A stretch of 46,103 nt of DNA, taken from sequence record SRR31156797_464; one strand, 5' to 3'. This document shows positions 1 through 9,078 of this stretch, piece after piece. Position 1 is the first letter of the stretch. Every line of letters begins with the position of its first letter. A program made the position numbers and the translations under genes. The notes under the pieces are model-generated. The model was not told the DNA's origin. It searched no databases and saw nothing but the letters and a program-made list of their open reading frames with translations.

Positions 1-255
1 TTTATTTTCCTTTTTTAATTTCTTTTCATCCGGCATTTTGTTAAACTTTTCGGCAATTCCCTCGGGAATTTTGTTAGCAGCAAGCTTCTGATTCGGTTGA
101 TAATTTTAAAACATTCGTTGATAACGAACCCTTAAACATGATTACATCATAGCTATATCGTAACTATGCGTCAAGAAAAAAGTGGTTTTTTCAGTGCCGC
201 AATACTTTTTTTGACGGCGTGGTCCGGTTTTGAGTGGGCTTTCGGCAAGGAGTAA

Positions 256-960
256 ATGATCATGCAACAAATGGATCCCCGGTACTTGAATTCCACTTCA
301 ATCATCGACAGCGATCACCCGGAGATAAGGGCCCATGCCGAAAAAACCATCAACGGCAGCACCGATCCCGTGGGTAAAGCCGTGAAGCTATACTACGCCG
401 TGAGAGACGGCATCTGGTACGACCCTTACTCTCCCTTCCATTTGCCGGAGCACTATCGCGCCAGCAACGTTTTGAAGAGCGGCCGGGGATACTGTGTTTG
501 TAAAGCCTCCCTGCTCTGCGCTCTCGGAAGGGTCTGCCGGATTCCCTCAAGGATCGGTTTTGCCGATGTGAAAAACCATCTGGCCACAAAGCAGCTTCTG
601 GAGTATATGGGGAGTAATCTGTTTGTTTACCACGGCTATGTTGAATTCTATCTGGAAGATCAATGGGTGAAGGCAACCCCCGCCTTCAACCGGGAATTGT
701 GTGAGCGGCACCAGGTGGCCCCCCTTGAATTCAACGGCCGGGAAGATTCCATATTTCATCCGTTTAACCTGGAAAACAAGCAGTTCATGGAATACCTTGC
801 CGATCATGGGGTCCATGCGGACATTCCCGTGGACATGCTGGTGGCCGCCTGGAAGGCCGCCTATGGAAAAGACCGGGTACTGGGCTGGATCGAAAAGTTC
901 GAAAAAAGGGGCGGGATTTCCGGCCGGGACTTTTCTGAAGAGGACGTCATCAAAGGCTAA
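256..960 (+). CDS. Transglutaminase-like (papain-fold) domain protein
   Basis: 234 aa ORF with AAGGAG RBS; GYCVCKASLLCALGR (catalytic Cys), VYHGYVE (His) and W-VKATP motifs typical of the transglutaminase-like family. Confidence 0.85.
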   Translation: MIMQQMDPRYLNSTSIIDSDHPEIRAHAEKTINGSTDPVGKAVKLYYAVRDGIWYDPYSPFHLPEHYRASNVLKSGRGYCVCKASLLCALGRVCRIPSRIGFADVKNHLATKQLLEYMGSNLFVYHGYVEFYLEDQWVKATPAFNRELCERHQVAPLEFNGREDSIFHPFNLENKQFMEYLADHGVHADIPVDMLVAAWKAAYGKDRVLGWIEKFEKRGGISGRDFSEEDVIKG

Positions 961-964
961 AGAC

Positions 965-1951
965 CTATTTTGTTCCCACCATGATACCCGAATCCGTGGG
1001 GCCTCTAAAAGGCAACCGTTTAATGTGGTGCAATCCCGCCTTTTTCATCATCTCACGGATCCGGTTTTCGGTATAGGACCTCCCCTTTTCGGTGTTGATG
1101 AGCATGTTCAGGTAGAAAAGGGCCGGAAAGAGCGGACCGTCGGAGCTGTTGTCTAAAATAAATTCGTGAACGAAAAGGCTTCCACCCTTATCCAGTGCCG
1201 ATGCCGCCTTCCGTAAAATCATGTCACACTCATCGGGCCCTTCGCCGTGCAGGATCTGAGATAGCCATGCCGTATCATAGGTGCCTTTGATCTCCTCGTT
1301 CAGATAGTCACACGGCATGAACCGGATCCGGCTGGAAAGATCAAACCGCCCTATGGTTTTTTCCGCAAAGGGGCGGGTGGTGGAAAGGTCCGCCACAGTG
1401 GCATTCAATGCGGGATTGGCCAGGCAGAAGTGGATGGCGTAGGTACCCGGCCCCCCGCCCAGGTCCAGAAAACGCGTTTTTCCCTGAAGATCAATCTCCC
1501 GGGAAACCTGGGGCGCAATGGCCATGGCCAGGTTAAACATGCCCATGAGAAAATTTTCCCGACTTTCGTCGTCATGGAGCACGTCCCGGGAAACGGATTG
1601 CCCGGATTTTACGGCCTCATCCAGCCGGGACCAGGGTTCCACCAGTGAATGGTGGTGCATGATCATGTAGCCGATGTAATGGGGCGATGATTTGACCAAC
1701 AGGTTGCGGGTATCAGGCGTGTTGGCATACCGGGACCCGGTTTTTACCAGAAGTCCCACGGCTGAAAGGGCGTCCAGCAGCGCGGTCACCCCCCTCAGGT
1801 CAACGTCGATCCGCTCTGCCAGTTCACCGGCACTCACATGATCCTCGTCTATCTCCGAAAAGATTCCCAGTTTGACACCTGCGTGAAGGGTGCAGGTGTG
1901 CCAGTATTTCCCCGATAAGGCCAACAGGTTTCCCGCATTCCATTGGGGCAT
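965..1951 (-). CDS. SAM-dependent O-methyltransferase (Methyltransf_2 with N-terminal dimerisation/wHTH domain)
   Basis: LDLGGGPG SAM-binding motif, LSQILHG and LxPGG-like LDKGG motifs; start moved to the ATG at 1951 (MPQW), which has GGAG upstream; the ATG at 1966 is an alternative. Confidence 0.85.
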   Translation of the reverse strand: MPQWNAGNLLALSGKYWHTCTLHAGVKLGIFSEIDEDHVSAGELAERIDVDLRGVTALLDALSAVGLLVKTGSRYANTPDTRNLLVKSSPHYIGYMIMHHHSLVEPWSRLDEAVKSGQSVSRDVLHDDESRENFLMGMFNLAMAIAPQVSREIDLQGKTRFLDLGGGPGTYAIHFCLANPALNATVADLSTTRPFAEKTIGRFDLSSRIRFMPCDYLNEEIKGTYDTAWLSQILHGEGPDECDMILRKAASALDKGGSLFVHEFILDNSSDGPLFPALFYLNMLINTEKGRSYTENRIREMMKKAGLHHIKRLPFRGPTDSGIMVGTK

Positions 1952-2066
1952 GTTATTTTTCTCCATCCTTGTCGCCAAAAGTTTTTTAAAAAAAGCAAAA
2001 ATAATATTCTCCTTGATCGGAGTTGAAAAATCAAGGCTTGAAACAATTGAATGATTGCCGGGATGA

Positions 2067-2095
2067 TTGACATCCGCGGTCAACGGGAATAGGTT
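2067..2095 (+). promoter_or_regulatory. Putative sigma70 promoter of the ACT/DUF711 operon
   Basis: TTGACA-17 nt-TAGGTT about 35 nt before the ATG at 2131. Confidence 0.45.
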
Positions 2096-2130
2096 ATTAA
2101 GAAAAATACGGGCTCGGGGAGGCCACAATT

Positions 2131-2730
2131 ATGAAAAATTCAACCCGTTATGCCATTACGGTCATCTGTGAAGACCGGGTGGGCCTGGTGGGTCGATTTA
2201 CCGGGGCCATTACGCGCCTGGGTGGGAATATCGAAGTGCTGGATCAGAATGTCCGACTGGGCTACTTTGTGATTACCCTCATGGCCACATTCGAAACCGG
2301 TGTTACCGCTGAAGCCGTTCGCATGGGGCTGGAAAAAATAGATGATGCCGGCACGCCGGCCATCAGCGTTTTGCCCCGCCGCGACGCGTCCATTCCGCCT
2401 GCCGGACATGGTGCGCCATTTGTTCTGGCCGTGGCGGGGATCGATGTGCCGGGAAACTTTTCCATGGTCACCACCTGCCTGGCAAAGCATGAGATCAATG
2501 TGGAAAGTCTCGTCTGTCGAACCGATGCCCAAGGCCCACCCAAAGAAGACCGTTTCACCATCATTGGCGAACTCACGGTACCCCATGGCGTAAATGTCAA
2601 AGCGGTTCGCCTGGAACTCACCGAACTTCTGGCCGACAGGGAGGTAACGGTCACCCTCATGCACTCGGATATTTTTGACGCCACCAATCGGATCCCCATG
2701 CCCAAACGTCACATGGAAATAACATCATGA
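2131..2730 (+). CDS. Tandem ACT-domain protein (GcvR-like)
   Basis: ITVICEDRVGLV..GGNI and LAVAGIDVPG..INV ACT repeats; ATGA overlap with the DUF711 gene, a common pairing. Confidence 0.8.
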   Translation: MKNSTRYAITVICEDRVGLVGRFTGAITRLGGNIEVLDQNVRLGYFVITLMATFETGVTAEAVRMGLEKIDDAGTPAISVLPRRDASIPPAGHGAPFVLAVAGIDVPGNFSMVTTCLAKHEINVESLVCRTDAQGPPKEDRFTIIGELTVPHGVNVKAVRLELTELLADREVTVTLMHSDIFDATNRIPMPKRHMEITS

Positions 2731-4100
2731 ACAGAAAAGAAGACATCCTTTCAACGGTTCGCATGTTCCAGGAGGAAAATCTGGATGTACGCACGGTCAC
2801 CCTTGGGGTCAACATCACCGATTGCGTTTCTTCCGATATATCAAGGTTCTCTCTAAACCTTGTTAACAAGATTAAGCGTGTGGCCGGTGACCTGGTACCC
2901 GTCTGCGAGCGCATCTCGGATCGTTACGGGATTCCGGTGGTCAATAAACGCCTTGCCATCTCACCCATGGGGTCCATTTGCGGACAGACCCATGAAGCGG
3001 GGCTCCTGCAACTGGCCCATGCCCTGGACCGTGCCGCGGAGTCCGTGGGGGTGGACCTCCTGGGCGGTTTCTCGGCCCTGGTGCAGAAAGGGACCACCCC
3101 ATCGGAGGCCCGACTCATGGAAAGCCTCCCTGAAATTCTTTCAAAAACGGATCGGATCTGCGCCTCCGTCAACGTGGCCACATCCAAAGCCGGCATCAAT
3201 ATGGATGCGATCCTGCAATTGGGGCGTATCATCAAACGTGCCGCGGAGAAGAGTTCCCATCAGGGAGGGTTTGCCTGCGCCAAACTTTGTGTTTTCGCCA
3301 ACATGCCTGAAGACAACCCCTTCATGGCGGGTGCCTACCTCGGTTTCGGGCAGGGGGAAGCCGTTATCAATGTGGGCATCTCCGGGCCCGGCGTGGTAAA
3401 GCGGGCCATCGAACGGTTGCGGGCCACGAGCCCTGATCTCGATTTGCAGATGCTGGCCAGCGAAATCAAACAGACCGCTTTCAGGGTTACCCGTGTGGGT
3501 GAACTCCTCGGCAGGGAGGTGGCGCGTGGCATTGGCGCGGATTTTGGCGGTATAGACCTTTCACTGGCGCCCACCCCCAGGGTGGGGGATTCGGTGGGTG
3601 AAATCCTGCAGGCCATGGGGATCAGCAAAATCGGCGCGCCGGGCAGCACCGCTGCGGTGGCCATGTTGAACGACGCCGTCAAAAAAGGGGGGCTGTTCGC
3701 CTCCTCTTCGGTGGGAGGGATGAGCGGCGCCTTTATTCCCGTGGCCGAAGACAGCGCCCTGGCCCGGGCCGCGGCGGAAGGGACCCTCTCCATTGAAAAA
3801 TTGGAGGCCATGACCTCCGTCTGTTCCGTGGGGCTGGACATGGTCTGCATCCCCGGGGATACGGATGCCGATACCATCAGCGCCCTCATTGCCGATGAAA
3901 TGGCCATCGGCGTTATCAACAACAAAACCACGGCCACCCGGCTGATCCCGGTGCCCGGAAAAAAACCGGGTGAATGGGTACATTGGGGAGGACTTTTCGG
4001 GGCCTCTCCCGTCATGGCCATTAGAGCCACCGGCACATCCTCAGGATTTGTTCAATGCGGAGGGCGCATACCCGCACCCGTTCATTCCTTCAAAAATTAA
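2727..4100 (+). CDS. PFL-like protein, DUF711/UPF0210 family
   Basis: LDVRTVTLG, VNKR, GGFSALVQKG, DNPFMAGA, DLSLAPTP, KLEAMTSVCSVGLDM and C-terminal GRIPAP..SFKN motifs. Confidence 0.93.
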   Translation: MNRKEDILSTVRMFQEENLDVRTVTLGVNITDCVSSDISRFSLNLVNKIKRVAGDLVPVCERISDRYGIPVVNKRLAISPMGSICGQTHEAGLLQLAHALDRAAESVGVDLLGGFSALVQKGTTPSEARLMESLPEILSKTDRICASVNVATSKAGINMDAILQLGRIIKRAAEKSSHQGGFACAKLCVFANMPEDNPFMAGAYLGFGQGEAVINVGISGPGVVKRAIERLRATSPDLDLQMLASEIKQTAFRVTRVGELLGREVARGIGADFGGIDLSLAPTPRVGDSVGEILQAMGISKIGAPGSTAAVAMLNDAVKKGGLFASSSVGGMSGAFIPVAEDSALARAAAEGTLSIEKLEAMTSVCSVGLDMVCIPGDTDADTISALIADEMAIGVINNKTTATRLIPVPGKKPGEWVHWGGLFGASPVMAIRATGTSSGFVQCGGRIPAPVHSFKN

Positions 4101-4153
4101 AGGCGTTCTCACCACCTGCCCGTGAATTCAGGAAAATGAATCCCGAAACGGTA

Positions 4154-4993
4154 TCAGATGAGTTCAATGGTTTTTGGATTTAGGCCCATGGTCTTTAACC
4201 AATCTTGAATGGCCCTGAAAAGGAGCCGGTAGTAGGCATCCATGCCGCCCAATCCCCGTCTTCCAAAATAGTAGTTAATCTCCAGAAAAAGCGGCTCCGG
4301 GGCCGCTAGGGGAAATACAAAATCCACCGCGGCCAGGTTAATCCCCGTACGTTTGGCCAGAACCCGTGCCTGGTGCTTTCCTTTTTCCTGAAGTTCAGGT
4401 TGCCATTCATGGTCAATTAAAGCGCCTTTACTGATGGTGGTAATGACCTGCCCCGGATCGGCAGGGCGTTTCCAATAGGTGAGAATCCGATTTCCCATGA
4501 TGACCGCCCTCAGCACATTCCCCCCCGAGGGTATGAAATCCTGGGTCACGAAGCCTTTGTTTTCGACCCCCTCCTTCAAAGCCGGAAAACCCAATACCGC
4601 CTCCAGGGATTCCGAATTTTTTACCACAAAAACCCCTTCGGCTTCATGGCTTCTATCGTCCTTGACCACAAAGGGGAATTCATGGGGGGGCTTTGGCATT
4701 TTTTTCAAGGCATCTACCTTTTTCCAGCGAAAGGTCCTGGGATGGGGAAGTTGGAATGTTTCAAATAAACGACTCTGCCCCACCTTGCCGGGATAGGCCC
4801 GGCGCATGTGATAGTTGGGGAACATGGGTGTTCCGGAATGGTGACATTCACGAAACACCCCTTTAACCCGCCCCTGGGGTAAAATGACCGCGTGGGCGTT
4901 GCGAATCAGTCGGCGGTCCTCCTCATTGAGGGGGCGAGCCCCCAGAATAATCTGGTGATCGGCCGTAAAACAGGGGTGAAAAGAAAGGATCAT
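4154..4993 (-). CDS. ATP-grasp ligase, RimK/GshB-like
   Basis: PFVVK, QDFIP, LRAVIMG, AAVDFVF and FLEINY motifs of the ATP-grasp fold. Confidence 0.8.
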   Translation of the reverse strand: MILSFHPCFTADHQIILGARPLNEEDRRLIRNAHAVILPQGRVKGVFRECHHSGTPMFPNYHMRRAYPGKVGQSRLFETFQLPHPRTFRWKKVDALKKMPKPPHEFPFVVKDDRSHEAEGVFVVKNSESLEAVLGFPALKEGVENKGFVTQDFIPSGGNVLRAVIMGNRILTYWKRPADPGQVITTISKGALIDHEWQPELQEKGKHQARVLAKRTGINLAAVDFVFPLAAPEPLFLEINYYFGRRGLGGMDAYYRLLFRAIQDWLKTMGLNPKTIELI

Positions 4994-5003
4994 GGTCGTT
5001 TAT

Positions 5004-5032
5004 TTGACTTTGTTTGTGGTCGTGACTATATT
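5004..5032 (+). promoter_or_regulatory. Putative sigma70 promoter of the zinc-ribbon/HEAT operon
   Basis: TTGACT-17 nt-TATATT upstream of the AAGGAG RBS and ATG at 5067. Confidence 0.55.
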
Positions 5033-5066
5033 GCCCCCTTATACGACATATGTAAGGAGCAAAACA

Positions 5067-5312
5067 ATGCCTATTTATGAATTCAGATGCTTTGAATGCG
5101 GTGAAATCTTTGAGAAGCTTTTTATGTCCTCGGATGAAAAAGCGGATCTTTCCTGTCCCAAATGTTCGGCATATACGCTGGAGAAAGTGGCCAGTGCCAC
5201 CAATTATGCCCTTGGCGTGGGGACCGGCGGCAACCAACCCAGGATTACAACCAAATCGTGCGGTTCGGAAAACCAGTGCATGACCCTGGACCTTCCGGGA
5301 CATTCAAAATGA
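5067..5312 (+). CDS. FmdB-family zinc ribbon protein
   Basis: MPIYEFRCxxC...FE...CPKC signature; AAGGAG RBS before the ATG at 5067. Confidence 0.9.
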   Translation: MPIYEFRCFECGEIFEKLFMSSDEKADLSCPKCSAYTLEKVASATNYALGVGTGGNQPRITTKSCGSENQCMTLDLPGHSK

Positions 5313-5590
5313 CCGATGATCATGCCCCACCCATTCTGAAACGGGAACTTGAAGACGACGATAAGCTTCATATCACCGAACTCTTTGAAGAGGAAATTGC
5401 CGTAAGACTCATGCAAATGGACGCACGCAGCGGCAATATCAGTTGCGAATTTGCAGGAAGCCAGTACCGAAATTGGGTTCTCGAATTCAAATCTTCCCGA
5501 TGGGGCCTGGAGATTGTCGATTTTGAGTACGATGAAGATACCCGAAGTTTCAACCTCCCTTCACCCATAACCATATTGGAACACCCATAA
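5309..5590 (+). CDS. Small acidic hypothetical protein (93 aa)
   Basis: ATGA overlap with the upstream stop and 2 nt gap to the next gene; protein-like composition (MTDDHAPP...IVDFEYDED). Confidence 0.7.
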   Translation: MTDDHAPPILKRELEDDDKLHITELFEEEIAVRLMQMDARSGNISCEFAGSQYRNWVLEFKSSRWGLEIVDFEYDEDTRSFNLPSPITILEHP

Positions 5591-5592
5591 AA

Positions 5593-6687
5593 ATGCTTGA
5601 TCAAAAATTTTTTGGAAGAGAACCGGTCCAAAGGGCCAAATGCCCTTTTTGTGGTTTGCCCGTTGCAAAACCTAAAGAACTGGCCACCCGAAAGCCGGGT
5701 GAGATGCCGGTGGGAATGTGTTCATGCGGTGCGGTCTATGCCTGTGATGAAACCGGGCACAACCTGGGAGCAGCCCTGATCGAGGCCCTTTTGTTCGGTT
5801 GCGACATGGACTGGGACCTGGCGTGGGGACTGGTGGCCGATGAGGATTACAAACAGGAAATTGTCGAGAATTACGATTTCACAACGCACCTGGTCATACC
5901 CTCCGGAACCTATGAGGGGCGAAAGACGGGCGCCCTTTATTTCATCCGCTTGCACCGGGAGGTGCAGGAGGTAACGGCCCAAGGGGCCAGGGACCGGATG
6001 GAGAGCGCTCCGGCCGGTATCCCCGCTACGCGAGAAAAACGGGTCCCCGCAAAACGGATGTCCAAAAAGGAGGTTGAAAAGAAGGTCAAGGAGTACCGGA
6101 TCGACCCCATTCTGGATGCCGCCCGGGACGACAAAAAGATCATACGATATCTTCAACGCCTGCTCTATTCAGGGGACAACCTGCTTCGCCACAGGGCTGC
6201 GGAAGCGCTTGGGAGTGCCTGTGCCGTGGTGGGTGACAGGGATCCGGGGATCGTTTCCAAGCTCCTTCAGGGACTTTTCTATTCCCTTACGGATACGGCG
6301 GCTTTTCCCCTGGGCGCTTTTGAGGCCATTGGTGAAATCATTGCACAGAGGCCTGATCTGTATGGCGGATATACATCTCAACTCTACCAGTTCACGGGAG
6401 ATGTAAACCGCAGAGTTGATGCTTTGAAAGCGTTGGGGAGAATCTCAATGACCCAGGGGCCTTTCATCCGCAAGCACACCCTCTACTTTTTTGCCTTTCT
6501 TGACGATCCCGACCCTTCAGTCCGTGGGTACACCGCATGGCTCATGGGCAATCTCGGTGCCCACGAAGCCAGAAAAGATATCGAAAAATGCCTTGGCGAA
6601 TCCCATGAGCTGGAAATCTACGAAACCGGGAATATCAGAATAATGCCGGTGAGTGAAATCGCCAAAGAGGCCCTGAACAAATTATGA
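5593..6687 (+). CDS. Zn-ribbon plus HEAT/PBS-lyase repeat protein (DVU0298-like)
   Basis: N-terminal CPFC...CSC(G)AVYAC; C-terminal HEAT-like repeats (LRHRAAEALG, AFEAIGEI, DPDPSVRGYTAWLMG). Confidence 0.7.
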   Translation: MLDQKFFGREPVQRAKCPFCGLPVAKPKELATRKPGEMPVGMCSCGAVYACDETGHNLGAALIEALLFGCDMDWDLAWGLVADEDYKQEIVENYDFTTHLVIPSGTYEGRKTGALYFIRLHREVQEVTAQGARDRMESAPAGIPATREKRVPAKRMSKKEVEKKVKEYRIDPILDAARDDKKIIRYLQRLLYSGDNLLRHRAAEALGSACAVVGDRDPGIVSKLLQGLFYSLTDTAAFPLGAFEAIGEIIAQRPDLYGGYTSQLYQFTGDVNRRVDALKALGRISMTQGPFIRKHTLYFFAFLDDPDPSVRGYTAWLMGNLGAHEARKDIEKCLGESHELEIYETGNIRIMPVSEIAKEALNKL

Positions 6688-7832
6688 TCGTCCTGTATCT
6701 CTTCTCTTCTCCGGAAGGCGACATCCCCCTTGAACCGGAAAACCTATCCAGACCATTCCTCATAACACCGGAAAAAGCCCATCCCCATCTGACCCTCGGC
6801 GACTATTTTGATGCCATGAAAGCATGTGTATTGAAAAACCGGGGTGAACTCCTTAAACGTGCGTTGAAAGACAAATGGCATGAGGATTGGCGCCTGGAGG
6901 ATGTGGAGAAAATCAAGATTCGCAGCGAAAAGCACGGCATCCTTTACCATCTGGCCAGCGTCGAAGTGTTTATAAACGAAATCCGGGCTAAATTTACACT
7001 GAGCACGGCCCTTTCCAGGGCAGGCATTGAGTGTCTCGTAAGTGAGCATGACATTCTGGACCGTTTAAACCGGACCTTTGGGTTTCCATTTCTACCCGAA
7101 ATTTACGGTATCAGGGAGATGGCATGTCGTACGGATCAGGGGACAACCGAAAAAATGGTGATGCTGTCAGCCCGATGGTTTGAGGATTATCATGAGTGGC
7201 ATGTGGCCATGGACCCCGTGGACGGCAGGCGTAAAATCAAGATTTGGGATCTCAAAAGAGGCCATCGATATGCCTCTTCCACGGAAGCATTTCGTATTAT
7301 TGAAGAATCTTCCAAAATCCTGGCCCTTTATTATGACTACGGGGATTTCAGCCGGATTGGGGCTTGGCATCATGCGGCCGGGGATTTTATTGTGAATATC
7401 CAGGGTGATGGAAGATTGAATGTCAGGTTGACCACGGTCCGGGAATATGCGCCCATGGCGGGCTTTTTCGAAAGAGATGTCAACCCCATGGTCGCCATGA
7501 TTTACTTTTTCCTGGATACCACCATTCACATGCGGCTGGACCGGCTGGACGGGGTTGGGAAAACGGCCTGGATTGACGATTTTGCCGTAACCGCAGCCAT
7601 AAATGGGTTTTTTCAAGGGCTTCACGAACGGGAGGCAATGGGGGATGGTGTTTCAGGAGCCCGGGCCGCGGACCTGCTTTCTCTGCTGAAATCATTTGAC
7701 GGACCTGAGTTCGAACGCATTTTTGAGCCGCTGATGGACCGTTACGCCACCGAAGATCCGGATGGAATGGCCTACATCCGCATAAATGATCACATCAGCG
7801 CTCTACATCAGGCCCTTCGGGATTTTCATTGA
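6684..7832 (+). CDS. Hypothetical protein, possibly protein-kinase-like fold
   Basis: 382 aa ORF translationally coupled by ATGA; function not recognised, fold suggestion is weak (see findings). Confidence 0.65.
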   Translation: MIVLYLFSSPEGDIPLEPENLSRPFLITPEKAHPHLTLGDYFDAMKACVLKNRGELLKRALKDKWHEDWRLEDVEKIKIRSEKHGILYHLASVEVFINEIRAKFTLSTALSRAGIECLVSEHDILDRLNRTFGFPFLPEIYGIREMACRTDQGTTEKMVMLSARWFEDYHEWHVAMDPVDGRRKIKIWDLKRGHRYASSTEAFRIIEESSKILALYYDYGDFSRIGAWHHAAGDFIVNIQGDGRLNVRLTTVREYAPMAGFFERDVNPMVAMIYFFLDTTIHMRLDRLDGVGKTAWIDDFAVTAAINGFFQGLHEREAMGDGVSGARAADLLSLLKSFDGPEFERIFEPLMDRYATEDPDGMAYIRINDHISALHQALRDFH

Positions 7833-8454
7833 CCAGGTCTTCCACGGTGGTCTTTATGATTTTCGGGATGGAAATCAGAAGGGATGCTCTTTCTTCAGCC
7901 AATTCATTCCCCACATTGTTGAGAAGATCCTTCGATAACTGGAACAATTCCTTTTGTACCCCGTTCATATTAAAGAAAGGGTACGACTGATCTTTCTGGA
8001 AGCCCGTGATACCGCAGATGCGCGGAATCCCCTGAATCATGGTGGGGATGCCGTAAACCCGACAGGTGATGGGGCGATAAGGGTAGAGGATGCAGGCATG
8101 GTCATCATTGAGCAGGGGGCATCGGATTCTCGTTTTGGCCATGGCATAGGCGCTCATTCGGGGATCATCCTTGAACTCCGCAAGGGTTCTTTCAAGGGTT
8201 TTGAGCGCCTTCTCCGCTGCAAGCCCTCTTATCAAAGCCGCCTCTTTTTCCTTTTCCCTCAATTTGTCGAAATCATGTTTTAGAAAAACAGCTTCGATCA
8301 GGAAAAGTCCGAACACGGCATGACAGCAGTCGGAACAGCCGGGTTTGCAGGATAAACAATCCGGGTATTCTTTGGCGATGCGCTCAAACGATTTGTCCGC
8401 AAGGCTCACTTGCCTGTCGTACGGTTCAAATAAATAAGAAAAGTCCATGGTCAT
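7795..8454 (-). CDS. YkgJ/UPF0153 (CxxCxxCC) cysteine-cluster protein
   Basis: CLSCKPGCSDCC and CPLL...CILYPYRPITCRVYG motifs; ATGA overlap with the TPR gene. Confidence 0.9.
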   Translation of the reverse strand: MTMDFSYLFEPYDRQVSLADKSFERIAKEYPDCLSCKPGCSDCCHAVFGLFLIEAVFLKHDFDKLREKEKEAALIRGLAAEKALKTLERTLAEFKDDPRMSAYAMAKTRIRCPLLNDDHACILYPYRPITCRVYGIPTMIQGIPRICGITGFQKDQSYPFFNMNGVQKELFQLSKDLLNNVGNELAEERASLLISIPKIIKTTVEDLVNENPEGPDVER

Positions 8455-9071
8455 CGATGGAGCTCCAATGCTTTCAAGAATTCCGGGTGGGGTTCAAACC
8501 CTAACGCAACCGCCTTATCCAGATGTTCAATGGCTTTTTTGTATTCACCCATGTTGTAATAGGCCGAAGCCAGGTTGTTCTGGCCCAGGCCAAATTCAGG
8601 CGCCATTTCCACCATTTTTTCTCCCGTTTCCACGGCCTTATCCACCTGGTCATTTTGGAGATAGGCATTGGTCAAATTGCTCCAGGCTTGAACAATTTCC
8701 GGATTCAGTTCAATGGCTTTGTTAAGGGCCGAAATGGCCTCTTCGGTTTTCAGCATCTGAAGATATGCGAACCCGAGATTGGCGTACCCCCGCGCATATC
8801 TGGGTTCCATCTCTATGGCCCTCTTGTTGACCTCAATCACCATATCCAGATTACCCTTTTTAAAATAGATGTATCCCAGATTCACATAGCCTTCAAACAT
8901 CCGGGCGCTGTTGGCGACGGCATCATTAAAAGCGCCGATGGCCTCATCCAGCTTTCCCTCTTTCATAAGAGAAACGCCTAAGTTATACTGCGTATTGGCG
9001 CACTCCGTATCTTCATCCCGTATCTGTTTTTGTTGATGGATAAACTCTTCCGAACCCTGTGGTGTTTTCAT
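8451..9071 (-). CDS. Tetratricopeptide repeat protein
   Basis: About five 34-aa repeats with NLG...G...A...A...P pattern. Confidence 0.92.
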   Translation of the reverse strand: MKTPQGSEEFIHQQKQIRDEDTECANTQYNLGVSLMKEGKLDEAIGAFNDAVANSARMFEGYVNLGYIYFKKGNLDMVIEVNKRAIEMEPRYARGYANLGFAYLQMLKTEEAISALNKAIELNPEIVQAWSNLTNAYLQNDQVDKAVETGEKMVEMAPEFGLGQNNLASAYYNMGEYKKAIEHLDKAVALGFEPHPEFLKALELHR

Positions 9072-9078
9072 AATAACC

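Noticed and set aside
1-36. Possible N-terminus (MPDEKKLKKENK) of a divergent gene leaving the window
   Set aside because: Only 12 codons visible and no convincing RBS
2727-6687. TGA stops as possible selenocysteine codons
   Set aside because: The TGA stops at 2730, 5312 and 6687 are ordinary ATGA stop/start overlaps at natural protein ends
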